Shown here: piece after piece, positions 37,420-47,760 of the stretch
Layout of the letters: each line of letters begins with the position of its first letter
How positions within the stretch are numbered: position 1 is the stretch's first letter
NCBI GenBank assembly: GCA_021731085.1
Contig: JAKFYB010000001.1
Span: 101,266-165,265 of the forward strand
Source: Dehalococcoidia bacterium
GTDB taxonomy: Bacteria; Chloroflexota; Dehalococcoidia; DSTF01; JACRBR01
Length of the DNA: 64,000 nt
Direction of reading: 5' to 3'
Notes under the pieces: generated by a model
Database searches by the model: none
Seen by the model: the letters and a program-made list of their open reading frames with translations, nothing else
What the model was told of the DNA's origin: nothing
Translations under genes and position numbers: made by a program

Positions 37420-39132
37420 ATGGCAACCCAAGGCAAGATCAAAGGCGCCGAAATCATCATGGAATCGCTCCGCAAGGAGGGTGTCGACCTGATCTTCGGC
37501 TACCCCGGCGGCGCGAACCTTCCGATGTACGACGCGCTGCACAAGTACCCCGACATCAGGCACATTCTCGTCCGCCACGAGCAGGCCGCCGCCCACGCCG
37601 CCGACGCCTACGCTCGCGTCACTGGCAAGGCCGGCGTCTGTTGGGCGACGTCCGGTCCCGGCGCGACGAACCTCGTCACCGGCATCGCCAACGCATGGAT
37701 GGACTCCGTGCCGCTGGTGTGTATCACGGGACAGGTTGTCTCGTGGCTCCTCGGCCGGGACGGATTCCAGGAAGCGGACATCACGGGCATCACCATCCCG
37801 ATCGTCAAGCAGAACTGGCTCGTCCTCAACGTCGAGGACATCGCACCGACGATCGCCGAAGCGTTCCACGTCGCGACGACGGGACGTCCCGGCCCGGTGC
37901 TCGTCGACATTCCACGCGACGTGCAACAGCAACTGTGCGAGTTCGAGTACCCCGACAAGGTCGACATCCCCGGCTACCAGCCGACCGTGCAGGGCCACCC
38001 ACAGCAGATCAAGAAGGCGGCCGCGCTCATCGCCGAGGCCGAACGCCCGCTGATTCTCGCCGGACACGGTGTCGTTATCGCGCGCGCCGCTGAAGAACTG
38101 CAAGAGCTGGCCGAGAAGGCCGACATCCCCGTCATCACGACGCTGCTCGGGCTGGGCGGCTTCCCTGGTTCGCACGAGCTGTACCAGGGCATGCCCGGCA
38201 TGCACGGCATGTACTGGAACAACATCGCGATCCAGGAGGCTGACGTCCTCATAGCGATCGGCATGCGGTTCGATGACCGCGTCACCGGCTCGCTGAAGGA
38301 CTTCGCGCCGAAAGCGAAGATCATCCACATCGAGGTCGATCCGGCGGAGGTCGGCAAAAACGTGCCGACGGCAATCCCGATCGTCGGCGACGTGAAGGCT
38401 GTTCTGCAGCAGTTGCTGCCGCACGTTGAGCGGGCGCGTCACGACGATTGGCGCAACTGGTTCCGCGAGATGCGCCGCGACCACCCGTCGATCGCCATCC
38501 CGGAGACGGAGAAGATCCTGCCGCAGTACGTCATCAAATCGATCTACGATCGATCGCCCGGCGACGCCTACTATGCGACCGGCGTTGGCCAGCACCAGAT
38601 GTGGGCGGCGCAGTACTTCTGGGGTGACAATCCGTACTCGTTCGTCACGTCCGGCGGGCTCGGAACGATGGGATTCGAAGTGCCGGCGGCGATCGGCGTG
38701 CAGTTCGCGCGCCCGCAGAGCACCGTCTGGTCGTTCTGCGGCGATGGTGGCTTCCAGATGACAATGGAGGAGCTGGCGCTCTGCCGCGAGTACGAACTGC
38801 CGATCAAGTTCGCCATCATCAACAACCACTTTCTCGGCATGGTGCGGCAGTGGCAGGACACCTTCTACGACCACAACCTCTCGCAGGTGAAGATGTTCCA
38901 GCCGGACTTCGTGAAGCTTGCGGAGGCGATGGGCATCGAGGCGATCCGCGTCACGGACAAGGCCATGGTGCCGACGGCGATCGACGCAGCGTTGCAGCAC
39001 CCCGGCGCCGTCCTCATCGACTTCCACGTCGAGCACGTCGAGGACTGCTACCCGATGATGCCGCCTGGCGTCAGCCTCTCCGACACGATCGACCAGCCGC
39101 CGGTCGCCCAACTGCAGGAGGCGCTGCGATGA
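37420..39132 (+). CDS. ilvB: Acetolactate synthase large subunit (biosynthetic type)
   Basis: ThDP-enzyme motifs throughout and an N-terminus (MATQGKIKGAEII) typical of AHAS. AGGAGA RBS. The ORF-track start at 37297 looks like an upstream artefact. Confidence 0.9.
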   Translation: MATQGKIKGAEIIMESLRKEGVDLIFGYPGGANLPMYDALHKYPDIRHILVRHEQAAAHAADAYARVTGKAGVCWATSGPGATNLVTGIANAWMDSVPLVCITGQVVSWLLGRDGFQEADITGITIPIVKQNWLVLNVEDIAPTIAEAFHVATTGRPGPVLVDIPRDVQQQLCEFEYPDKVDIPGYQPTVQGHPQQIKKAAALIAEAERPLILAGHGVVIARAAEELQELAEKADIPVITTLLGLGGFPGSHELYQGMPGMHGMYWNNIAIQEADVLIAIGMRFDDRVTGSLKDFAPKAKIIHIEVDPAEVGKNVPTAIPIVGDVKAVLQQLLPHVERARHDDWRNWFREMRRDHPSIAIPETEKILPQYVIKSIYDRSPGDAYYATGVGQHQMWAAQYFWGDNPYSFVTSGGLGTMGFEVPAAIGVQFARPQSTVWSFCGDGGFQMTMEELALCREYELPIKFAIINNHFLGMVRQWQDTFYDHNLSQVKMFQPDFVKLAEAMGIEAIRVTDKAMVPTAIDAALQHPGAVLIDFHVEHVEDCYPMMPPGVSLSDTIDQPPVAQLQEALR

Positions 39133-39704
39133 GTGGTCGTTTGCACACGATCGTCGCGCTCGTCGAGAACCGGCCCGGCGTCCTGAACAAGATCGCCAGC
39201 AAGTGGCGCCAGCGTGGCTTCAACATCGAGAGCCTGACCGTCGGCCACAGCGAGACGCCCGGGCTGTCGCGCATGACATTCACCGTCGATGGCACCACGA
39301 ACGACATCGAGCAGGTCACGAAGCAGCTCTTCAAGGTGATCGAGGTCGTGAAGATCAGCGACGTCACCGAGCAGGAGACCGTCGCCCGCGAATTGGCGCT
39401 GATCAAAGTCTCGACGACGAAGGAGACCCGCAGCGCCATCATCGAGATCGTCGACATCTTCCGCGCGAAGATCGTCGATGTCGCAGTCGACTCGCTCGTC
39501 GTCGAGACGACCGGCACGGAGGACAAGGTCGATGCGCTGATCAGCATGCTGACCCCGTATGGGTTGAAAGAGCTGGTGCGCACAGGTCGCGTCGCGATGG
39601 TTCGCGGCGGCACCTCGACGGTAGGCGCGCCCCAACGCAACGGCCAGGAACGGCACTTCAAGCCCGCCGGCGAAGGCAAACCCAAAGTCGGGAGTCTAAT
39701 CTAG
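39129..39704 (+). CDS. ilvN: Acetolactate synthase small (regulatory) subunit
   Basis: ACT-domain N-terminus (LVENRPGVLNKIASKWRQRGFNIESL). ATGA overlap with the ilvB stop. ~25-aa C-terminal extension. Confidence 0.85.
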   Translation: MSGRLHTIVALVENRPGVLNKIASKWRQRGFNIESLTVGHSETPGLSRMTFTVDGTTNDIEQVTKQLFKVIEVVKISDVTEQETVARELALIKVSTTKETRSAIIEIVDIFRAKIVDVAVDSLVVETTGTEDKVDALISMLTPYGLKELVRTGRVAMVRGGTSTVGAPQRNGQERHFKPAGEGKPKVGSLI

Positions 39705-39717
39705 GGCACAGAGCACC

Positions 39718-39745
39718 GTAGCGTGGGCTTTTCAGCCCGCGCGGT
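39718..39745. repeat. REP-like GC hairpin, variant (GTAGCGTGGGCTTTTCAGCCCGCGCGG)
   Basis: ~15 bp after the ilvN stop. Confidence 0.6.
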
Positions 39746-39851
39746 CCTGGAAGCGAGGGACAGGTTTTTAGACTAGTCCGGTGGTGATACAGACAGAACA
39801 TCTCGCCCGCACGGAGCAGGCGTATACAAAGAAGAGGGGACTACAAACCGC

Positions 39852-40850
39852 ATGCCAACGATGTACTACGAGAAGGACGCTGACCTCGGCCTGTTGAAGG
39901 GCAAGACCGTCGGCGTGATTGGATTCGGATCGCAGGGCCACGCGCACGCCCAGAACCTGAACGACAGCGGAATCGACGTCATCGTCGGCCTCTACCCAGG
40001 GTCGAAGTCGTGGGCGAAGGTCGAGGCAGCGGGCCTGCGCGTCGGTACCGTGCGTGAGGTAGCGGAAGCCGCTGACCTCATCATGCTGACTGTGCCGGAC
40101 CAGGTCGCGAAGCAGATCTACTACGACCACATCGCCGACGGCCTCAAGCCCGGCAACATGGTGCTGTGGGCCCACGGCTTCAACGTGCACTACGGACAGG
40201 TCGAGTCGCCGGAGGACGTCGACGTGACGATGGTCGCGCCGAAGGGCCCCGGGCATCTCGTGCGCCGCGTATACACCGAGGGTGGCGGCGTGCCGGCGCT
40301 CATCGCCGTCCACCAGAACGCGACCGAGAACGCGAAGCAGATCGCGCTGGCGTACGCCAAAGGCATCGGCGCGACGCGTGGCGGCGTGCTTGAGACGACG
40401 TTCAAGGAAGAGACCGAAACAGACCTCTTCGGCGAGCAGTCCGTCCTCTGCGGCGGTACGACGCAGCTCGTGAAGAGCGCCTTCGAGACGCTCGTCGAGG
40501 CCGGCTACCAGCCGGAGGTCGCGTACTTCGAGTGCATGCACGAGCTCAAGCTCATCGTCGACCTGATGTACGAGGGCGGCATGGAGTACATGCGGTACTC
40601 GATCAGCGAGACGGCTGAGTACGGCGACTACACGCGCGGCCCAGTCGTTGTCGATGCGCATGTGAAGGACAACATGAAAAAGGTGCTAGGCCAAATCCAG
40701 GACGGCACCTTCGCGAAGGAGTGGATCCTCGAGAATCAGGCAGGGCGCCCGAGCTTCAACGCGCTGCGCCGCCAGAACGCCGCACACCAGATTGAAGAAG
40801 TCGGCGCGGAGCTGCGTGGCATGATGCAGTGGCTGAAGAAGAGCAGGTAG
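39852..40850 (+). CDS. ilvC: Ketol-acid reductoisomerase (class I)
   Basis: [13 protein letters not shown] Rossmann motif and full-length similarity to KARI. Confidence 0.9.
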   Translation: MPTMYYEKDADLGLLKGKTVGVIGFGSQGHAHAQNLNDSGIDVIVGLYPGSKSWAKVEAAGLRVGTVREVAEAADLIMLTVPDQVAKQIYYDHIADGLKPGNMVLWAHGFNVHYGQVESPEDVDVTMVAPKGPGHLVRRVYTEGGGVPALIAVHQNATENAKQIALAYAKGIGATRGGVLETTFKEETETDLFGEQSVLCGGTTQLVKSAFETLVEAGYQPEVAYFECMHELKLIVDLMYEGGMEYMRYSISETAEYGDYTRGPVVVDAHVKDNMKKVLGQIQDGTFAKEWILENQAGRPSFNALRRQNAAHQIEEVGAELRGMMQWLKKSR

Positions 40851-40857
40851 GAGTCGC

Positions 40858-41223
40858 ATGAAGTCGCGCGTGGTGTTGCTGTTGTGTGGATTGGTTGTGG
40901 CGGCGGCGATGGCTGCTGCGTGCGGCGGCGGATCCGACGAGAACCTCGGAGGACAGGCGGCTCAGGCTGCAGCGCGATTCTTCGATCAGGAAGCCGCTGC
41001 TGGCAATCTGCCGGAAGGTACGCTCGTCCGACCACGGGGCTCGAAAGCCGTCGTCGAGCTCGACAGCGAGGATGCCGACGCCCGATTCTGTGTGGAGTTC
41101 GAGTACATCCGCGCGCAAACGCCCTTCGATCAGCACGTACGGGTGTACGTGATGACGCTGAACGATGAGGCATGGAGTTTCGAGGTGGTGAACCCGGACG
41201 GCACGTGTGAAGGTGTGGCCTAG
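40858..41223 (+). CDS. Hypothetical lipoprotein
   Basis: Signal peptide with lipobox AAACGG; 121 aa, sitting between ilvC and leuA. Confidence 0.4.
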   Translation: MKSRVVLLLCGLVVAAAMAAACGGGSDENLGGQAAQAAARFFDQEAAAGNLPEGTLVRPRGSKAVVELDSEDADARFCVEFEYIRAQTPFDQHVRVYVMTLNDEAWSFEVVNPDGTCEGVA

Positions 41224-41367
41224 GATGATGTCGCTTCGACCACCCGTGTTGCTCACACTTCCTCGGCCCTCGTCTCGCTAAATGCGGGGCGGAGGGCCGA
41301 CGCGAAGGTTTCGCGCCCTTGTGCGCGGGAAACACTCACACGCAAGCTCTCTGGAGGACAACACGTC

Positions 41368-42912
41368 ATGGTAGACAAGGTACTGATCTTCGATACGACA
41401 CTGCGGGACGGCGAGCAGTCGCCCGGCGTCGCCCTGACCGCCGCCGACAAGATGGAGATCGCGCGCCAGCTCGAGAAGCTGGGCGTGGACATCATTGAGG
41501 CCGGCTTCCCGCGCACGTCACCCGGTGACTTCTCCGCGGTCGAAGCGATAGCGAAAGAAATCAAGAACTCCCAGATCGCTGGACTCGCACACGCTAACCC
41601 CGAGGCGGTCGATGCCTGTTGGGACGCCGTGAAGGTCGGCGTCGCTCCGCGCATCCATGTCTTCCTGTCGAGCAGCGACATTCACATCATGCACCAGCTC
41701 GCCAAGGACAAGGAGACGGTGCTGGAGATGGCACGGACGATGGTCGCCCGCGCGGCAGGCTACTGCTCCGACGTCGAGTTCAGTCCGATGGACGCGACGC
41801 GCAGCGACCGCCAGTTCGTGTACTGGATGCTCGAACAGACGATCGCGGCCGGCGCGACGACAATCAACATCCCGGATACCGTCGGCTACACGGTGCCGGA
41901 GGAGTTCTACCAGTTCATCATCGACATCAAGAACAACGTCCCGAACATCGACAAGGCGCGCATCAGCGTCCACTGCCACAACGACCTCGGCCTCGCCGTC
42001 GCAAACTCGCTGTCTGCCGTGAAGGCGGGCGCGCGACAGATCGAGACGTGCATCAACGGCATCGGTGAGCGTGCAGGTAACGCCGCGCTCGAAGAAGTCG
42101 CGATGGCGATCAAAACGCGCCGCGATTACCTCGGCGTCGAGACGAACATCAAGACGGAGGAGCTGTACCGCACCAGCCGCATGGTCGCGAACCTCACCGG
42201 TATGAGCGTGCAGTCCAACAAGGCGATTGTCGGCCACAACGCCTTTCGCCATCAATCCGGCATCCACCAGGACGGCGTCCTGAAGATGCGCGAGACGTAC
42301 GAGATCATGAACGCGCAGGACATCGGCTGGCCGACATCCGGCGGCGAGATCGTGCTCGGTAAGGTGTCCGGACGCCACGGCTTCAAGTCGCGTCTGGAGG
42401 AGATGGGGTACTTCCTGTCCGAGGAGGAGCTGTCCCGCGCCTTCATGGCGTTCAAGGAGTTAGCCGACAAGAAGGCCGAGATCGACGACCGCGATCTGGA
42501 GGCGATCGTTGCCGACAAGCTGCGGACCGCGCAGGAGGTCTACCACCTCGATTTCGTACAAGTGCAGTGCGGCGACCACGCCGCGCCGACTGCGACGGTT
42601 CGCGTCATCGCGCCGGACGGCTCGATTCGCGCCGACGCCGCGCTCGGCACCGGCCCGGTGGACGCCGTCTACAAGGCGATCAACCGCATCATCCAGGTCG
42701 AGAACGAACTCACCGAGTACCACGTGAAGAGCGTGACCGAGGGCATCGACGCGCAGGGCGAAGTGACGATCCGCGTCGAGGGCGGCGGTCGCAGCTACAC
42801 GGGACGTGGCGCCGACACAGACATCATCGTCGCCTCAGCGAAGGCGTACATGAACGCCCTTAACCGCATGATTTCGGCAGAGAACCCGCAGGACGCGGAA
42901 GTAAGGGTTTGA
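41368..42912 (+). CDS. leuA: 2-isopropylmalate synthase
   Basis: [16 protein letters not shown]-terminal catalytic motif, HxH motifs, and a C-terminal LeuA regulatory domain. Confidence 0.9.
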   Translation: MVDKVLIFDTTLRDGEQSPGVALTAADKMEIARQLEKLGVDIIEAGFPRTSPGDFSAVEAIAKEIKNSQIAGLAHANPEAVDACWDAVKVGVAPRIHVFLSSSDIHIMHQLAKDKETVLEMARTMVARAAGYCSDVEFSPMDATRSDRQFVYWMLEQTIAAGATTINIPDTVGYTVPEEFYQFIIDIKNNVPNIDKARISVHCHNDLGLAVANSLSAVKAGARQIETCINGIGERAGNAALEEVAMAIKTRRDYLGVETNIKTEELYRTSRMVANLTGMSVQSNKAIVGHNAFRHQSGIHQDGVLKMRETYEIMNAQDIGWPTSGGEIVLGKVSGRHGFKSRLEEMGYFLSEEELSRAFMAFKELADKKAEIDDRDLEAIVADKLRTAQEVYHLDFVQVQCGDHAAPTATVRVIAPDGSIRADAALGTGPVDAVYKAINRIIQVENELTEYHVKSVTEGIDAQGEVTIRVEGGGRSYTGRGADTDIIVASAKAYMNALNRMISAENPQDAEVRV

Positions 42913-42970
42913 GGAAGGATCCTTTACTAGCGCTAGAAAAGTAAGGTATCATCATCGATCCAAGGAGGCG

Positions 42971-43315
42971 GTGATGCCTAGGAAGAATGAAGAAAACAAG
43001 GTCCGGGAAGCAAAGCTAGAGTACACCGCTGACCGACGACCGCTGTACCCGGAGATGGCTTTCACGAAGCTGAGTTCAAAAAACCAGATCACGCTTCCGG
43101 TCGCATATGTTCGCGATCTTGGTCTTAAACCGGGGGATGAGGTCGTCCTGTGGCTGGACAAGGACCACATCACAGTGGAGCGCCGACTGTATGGCAAGGA
43201 ACTGCTCGACAGCCTGCAGGGCTCGATGAAGAGCGGCGAATGGAGCACGAGAGAGGGTACGTTGGCATGGATCAAGAACATCCGTGACGAGTGGGAGCGT
43301 GAAATACCGCTTTGA
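42971..43315 (+). CDS. vapB: AbrB/MazE/SpoVT-family antitoxin (VapB-like)
   Basis: SpoVT_AbrB swapped-hairpin motif (QITLPVAYVRDLGLKPGDEV). The gene is markedly lower in GC than its flanks. Confidence 0.6.
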   Translation: MMPRKNEENKVREAKLEYTADRRPLYPEMAFTKLSSKNQITLPVAYVRDLGLKPGDEVVLWLDKDHITVERRLYGKELLDSLQGSMKSGEWSTREGTLAWIKNIRDEWEREIPL

Positions 43316-43826
43316 CCAATTGCTTGACGACCTCAAGGCCGTGCGGTCAGCGGTGCTCGACACAAGCGCGTGCGTTTACTTCCTGAACGAAGTAGAACCT
43401 TGGGCGACACTCGTTCGCGTCGTACTGGAACGTGGTGATCGTGGGATCCTTCGCATCATCGTGCCGAGCATCGTGCATCTGGAGTTACTTGCCAAGGCAT
43501 TTCAGGAGCAAAACGAACTTGAGCGTAAGCGGGTCGGCTCCTTTGTGCGTGGCACGCACTTCATCCGTGAGGCACTCTTCGACTTCCAGACGATGCAAAC
43601 ATCGGCTGAGGTCAGGGGGAGGCTACGGTTCAAGGTGGCAGATTCTATCGTCGTCGGCACGGCGTGCGTCGCAGGTGTCGAGGCGTTGATTGGTAACGAC
43701 GGGGCGTTTCGCCGGCTCCGGATCTCGCCACCGCCATCCCTCAGCACCCTGGACATAGCGGCAGGCCTGCCGCGGTACATCCATCTCGACGAGTACATTG
43801 AAGGCGATACAACTGGATTGGACTGA
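43284..43826 (+). CDS. vapC: PIN-domain ribonuclease toxin (VapC-like)
   Basis: Acidic residues in PIN positions (VLDTSA ... IGNDGAF). Overlaps the antitoxin gene; the exact start is uncertain. Confidence 0.6.
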   Translation: MTSGSVKYRFDQLLDDLKAVRSAVLDTSACVYFLNEVEPWATLVRVVLERGDRGILRIIVPSIVHLELLAKAFQEQNELERKRVGSFVRGTHFIREALFDFQTMQTSAEVRGRLRFKVADSIVVGTACVAGVEALIGNDGAFRRLRISPPPSLSTLDIAAGLPRYIHLDEYIEGDTTGLD

Positions 43827-43829
43827 TAC

Positions 43830-45230
43830 ATGCCGAAGACACTCTCTGAAAAGATCTGGGACGCCCATCTCGTCCGGCGCGAGGACGGGAAGCCGGATCT
43901 GCTCTACATCGACCTTCATCTCGTGCATGAGGTCACGTCAGCGCAGGCGTTCGATGGACTGCGTCTCGCGAACCGCAAGGTGCGCCGGCCGGATCTCACG
44001 CTGCTGACCGTCGACCACAACGTACCGACGGCTGACCGCGACAAGCCGTGGTCGGACCCCCTGTCCGTCGCTCAGGTCGCGGCCATCAGCAACAACGCCG
44101 ATGAGTTCGGCCTGACGTACTTCGGCGTGAACGACCGCCGCCAGGGAATCGTTCACGTCGTCGGGCCGGAGCAGGGGCTCACGCAGCCCGGCATGACGAT
44201 CGTCTGCGGCGACAGCCACACATCCACCCACGGCGCGCTCGGCGCGCTCGCGTTCGGCATCGGTACGTCCGAGGTTGAGCATGTACTCGCGACGCAGACG
44301 CTTCCGCAGGGGACACCGAAGACCATGGCCGTCGAGGTCAACGGAGAACTCGCGTTCGGCGTGACCGCCAAGGACGTGATTCTTGCGATCATCCGCACGA
44401 TCGGCGTCTCCGGCGGCATCGGCAGCATCATCGAGTACCGCGGCGATGTCATTCGCGGCTTCTCGATGGAGGGCCGCATGACGGTCTGCAACATGTCAAT
44501 CGAGGGCGGCGCCCGCGCCGGTCTCATCGCGCCGGACGAGACGACGTTCGCGTACGTCGAGGGGCGCAACTACGCGCCCAAGGGCGCCGATTGGGAGAAG
44601 GCGCTCGACGACTGGCGCGCGCTCCCGACCGACGATGGGGCCGAGTTTGATCGCGTCGTCGAACTCAAGGCCGAGGAGATCGAGCCCTGCGTAACGTGGG
44701 GTACGACGCCGGCACAGAGCGTCAACATCAAGGGCCGCGTGCCCGACCCGAACGGCATGGAAGACCCGCGTGCGCGTGAACTCGCCGAGCGCTCCCTGAC
44801 GTACATGGACCTCAAGCCGGGCACCGCGATCGAAGACATCCCCCTCGACCGCATCTTCCTCGGCTCGTGCACGAACGGGCGTATCGAAGACCTTCGGGCA
44901 GCCGCCGAGATCGTGCGCGGCAAGAAGACGGCGTCGACGCTGTCGGCGATGGTGGTGCCAGGCTCAGGCCTCGTGAAGGCGCAGGCGGAGCAAGAGGGTC
45001 TCGACAGGATCTTTATCGACGCTGGCTTCGACTGGCGCGACGCCGGCTGTTCGATGTGCCTTGGCATGAACCCTGACATCCTGCTACCCGGCGAGCGTTG
45101 CGCATCGACCTCGAACCGCAACTTCGAAGGACGGCAGGGCCCAGGCGGCCGCACACACCTCGTCAGCCCGCAGATGGCCGCCGCCGCCGCCATCGCCGGC
45201 CACTTCGTCGATATCCGCGAGTGGAAGTAA
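43830..45230 (+). CDS. leuC: 3-isopropylmalate dehydratase large subunit
   Basis: Aconitase-family motifs and the Fe-S cysteine ligands ([15 protein letters not shown]). Confidence 0.9.
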   Translation: MPKTLSEKIWDAHLVRREDGKPDLLYIDLHLVHEVTSAQAFDGLRLANRKVRRPDLTLLTVDHNVPTADRDKPWSDPLSVAQVAAISNNADEFGLTYFGVNDRRQGIVHVVGPEQGLTQPGMTIVCGDSHTSTHGALGALAFGIGTSEVEHVLATQTLPQGTPKTMAVEVNGELAFGVTAKDVILAIIRTIGVSGGIGSIIEYRGDVIRGFSMEGRMTVCNMSIEGGARAGLIAPDETTFAYVEGRNYAPKGADWEKALDDWRALPTDDGAEFDRVVELKAEEIEPCVTWGTTPAQSVNIKGRVPDPNGMEDPRARELAERSLTYMDLKPGTAIEDIPLDRIFLGSCTNGRIEDLRAAAEIVRGKKTASTLSAMVVPGSGLVKAQAEQEGLDRIFIDAGFDWRDAGCSMCLGMNPDILLPGERCASTSNRNFEGRQGPGGRTHLVSPQMAAAAAIAGHFVDIREWK

Positions 45231-45348
45231 GGTCTAGTAGCTGCGTAGCTTTAGCTGCGCCCGAGAGCGTCAGTACTAGCGGAGCTTTAGCTCCGCCGCA
45301 GAGTTCGAGCCAAGACGGGGCCTCGCCTGGCGAGTGAAAGGCAACACG

Positions 45349-45948
45349 ATGGAACCTGTACGCAAGATTCACGGCAAGGCACTGCCCCTCCCGCGCGCTG
45401 ACATCGACACGGACCAGATCATCCCCGCGAAGTACCTCAAGCGCATCGAACGCACGGGATTCGGCGAGTTCGCGTTTGACGCCTGGCGCAAGGACCCCGA
45501 TTTCGTGCTCAACGACCACCGTTACGACGGTGCGGAGATCCTCATCACCGGCCCGAACTTCGGCTGCGGCTCATCGCGCGAGCATGCGCCGTGGGCGCTG
45601 CAGCAGATGGGCCTCAAGGCGATCATCGCGCCGTCGTTCGCCGATATCTTCAAAAACAACTGCGCGAAGGTCGGACTACTGACCGTCGAACTGCCCCAGG
45701 ACAGCATCGACCGCCTGATCGCGCGCGCTGAAGACTCTCCCGGCTGGGAGATGGAGGTCGATCTTGAATCACAGACGGTGTCGCTCGGCAACGGCAAGTC
45801 GCGCGAGTTCGACATCGACCCGTTCGTGAAGCACTGCCTGCTCAACGGCCTCGACGACATCGGCCTCACCCTCGCCAACGAAGGTGACATCACCGCGTAT
45901 GAGTCATCGCGACCTGCGTACAAGCCACAAACAGCGCCCGCTGTTTAA
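45349..45948 (+). CDS. leuD: 3-isopropylmalate dehydratase small subunit
   Basis: Aconitase swivel-domain signatures (GPNFGCGSSREHA). ATG at 45349 preferred over the upstream GTG at 45334. Confidence 0.85.
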   Translation: MEPVRKIHGKALPLPRADIDTDQIIPAKYLKRIERTGFGEFAFDAWRKDPDFVLNDHRYDGAEILITGPNFGCGSSREHAPWALQQMGLKAIIAPSFADIFKNNCAKVGLLTVELPQDSIDRLIARAEDSPGWEMEVDLESQTVSLGNGKSREFDIDPFVKHCLLNGLDDIGLTLANEGDITAYESSRPAYKPQTAPAV

Positions 45949-46037
45949 CGAGGAGGACGGGTGCCCTCGCCCGTCGGTTCGCTGGCAATCGCACACGGCC
46001 AGTAGTGCTTGTCGCCACACCTTTCAGACAAGGAGAA

Positions 46038-46061
46038 GGGGAGTCGCCTAGGCGACTCCCC
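46038..46061. terminator. Perfect 10-bp GC-rich hairpin (GGGGAGTCGC-ctag-GCGACTCCCC), probably a terminator between the convergent leuD and htrA genes
   Basis: Palindrome lying ~35 bp downstream of the htrA stop on the minus strand, where it is followed by a T-rich run (TTCTCCTTGTCT). Confidence 0.45.
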
Positions 46062-46098
46062 TTCCGTGCTCCGATCCCGTTTGCGCCCTACACAAACA

Positions 46099-47238
46099 TC
46101 ATGCGGAGGAATCCCATGACTCAAGCGTCGCTGTCAGCTCGATCTGCTCGCCGTCGCGTTCGACCAGCAGCGTGACTTCATCGCCCACATCCTTCGAGTC
46201 GATGTAGTCGGCCAAATCTTCGAAGTCGTTCATCGGCTGTCCGTCGATCTCGAGAATGATGTCGCCTTCGCCCGCCGCCGACGACTCCAATCCAGCCTCG
46301 TCAGCCGCGCTGCCCGTCTCGACGCTCAGCACTGCGACGCCGTACTCGATGTTGAGATCCTCGGCCTGCGATGGCGTAATCGACCGGCCGGAGATGCCCA
46401 GGCGCGGGTGGTCGATCGTCTCGCCCGCGACGAGCTGCGTCAGGAAGCGCTTCGGCGTATTGATCGGCACTGCGTACGCCACGCCAGCGAAGCCAGCGCC
46501 GTTCGGGTTCTCGATCGCCGTGTTGATGCCGACGACCTCACCCTGCAGGTTGATAAGCGCCCCACCGGAGTTACCGGGGTTCACGGCGGTGTCCGTCTGG
46601 AGAAGACCGCGAATCGGGCGGCCATCCGCGCTCGAAGGCAGCGTCCGGTCGAGCCCACTGATCACGCCGGTCGTGAACGACCCGTCGAGCCCGAACGGAT
46701 TGCCGATGGCGGCGACGATCGAGCCGACGGCGATGCTGTCCGAATCGCCGAGCTTTGCCGGCTGGAGGACGCTCATGTCATCGAGCGTCACCTTCACGAT
46801 GGCGACGTCGTTACCGGGATCCTGGCCGACGACTTCAGCCGTACCCGTCGTGCCGTCTTCGAACGTCACCGTGACTTCGTCATAGCCGGTCACGACGTGG
46901 TAGTTCGTCATGATGTGGCCGTCAGTGTCGATCACGATGCCGGAGCCGAGGCCCTCTTGCCCGAAGTCGAACGGGCTATCCTCGACCTCGCCGGTCGTGA
47001 TGCGCACGATAGACGGCCGCACGTCCTCGAACAGTTCCGTGTAGTCCGACTGGGTGGCCGATGCGCCGTCACCGGATGAGCCGGTGTCGCTCACCGTCTC
47101 GCTGTCGTTGCTGTCGGTAACCGCCGCCGGTTGCGACGAGCCGCTGTCGTCATCGCCCAGGTCGAACGCCCAGACGGCGCCACCGACGATCGCTGCGCCG
47201 ACGACCACGCCGCCCAAGCCCGTAAGAAATCCTCTCAT
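46099..47238 (-). CDS. HtrA/DegP-family trypsin-like serine protease with PDZ domain
   Basis: N-terminal TM helix, S1C catalytic residues including GNSGGALINLQGEVVGINTAI, and a C-terminal PDZ domain. Confidence 0.85.
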   Translation of the reverse strand: MRGFLTGLGGVVVGAAIVGGAVWAFDLGDDDSGSSQPAAVTDSNDSETVSDTGSSGDGASATQSDYTELFEDVRPSIVRITTGEVEDSPFDFGQEGLGSGIVIDTDGHIMTNYHVVTGYDEVTVTFEDGTTGTAEVVGQDPGNDVAIVKVTLDDMSVLQPAKLGDSDSIAVGSIVAAIGNPFGLDGSFTTGVISGLDRTLPSSADGRPIRGLLQTDTAVNPGNSGGALINLQGEVVGINTAIENPNGAGFAGVAYAVPINTPKRFLTQLVAGETIDHPRLGISGRSITPSQAEDLNIEYGVAVLSVETGSAADEAGLESSAAGEGDIILEIDGQPMNDFEDLADYIDSKDVGDEVTLLVERDGEQIELTATLESWDSSA

Positions 47239-47760
47239 GTCCTATCGCCTCTTTCTCAACGTCTCATTTCCGCTGAAGTCAGTATGCGCACCGGTCGGGT
47301 GCGATCGTGCTTCAAACTTGTTAAGGGCGATTTGGTAGGAATGTTCAGACTGGGACGCACCCAAAATGAAGAGCCACGCTGGGCAAACGTGGCTCTTCGA
47401 AGGGATATTGGCTCACCGTCGCAGTGAGCCCCCGAGGGAGGGCGAGTTCATGGCGAGGTTACGAATCAACCGCCCGAAGGCTTTGAATCGAGCCGTTCGC
47501 CGTTCCTCATCACCCAACCGGAGAACCGGCTGGGAGTAGCTGCCTTTGCGGCGTCCGGAACACCCATTCTGGGTGCGAACCGGCTCGCCGGCTGTGTGCC
47601 ATTGATGTCGCTTGAGCAGATGCGGTACGTCCTCGCACTCACCTGTTCGAGCTTCTTCTTTGTGCTCACGAGGTCAGACTAGGTGTGGGGGATTATCAGC
47701 AGGTTAACGGCGATTATGGCCACGTAAAGCTTCGCCTGGCTTCGGGAGCCGGCTCAAGAC

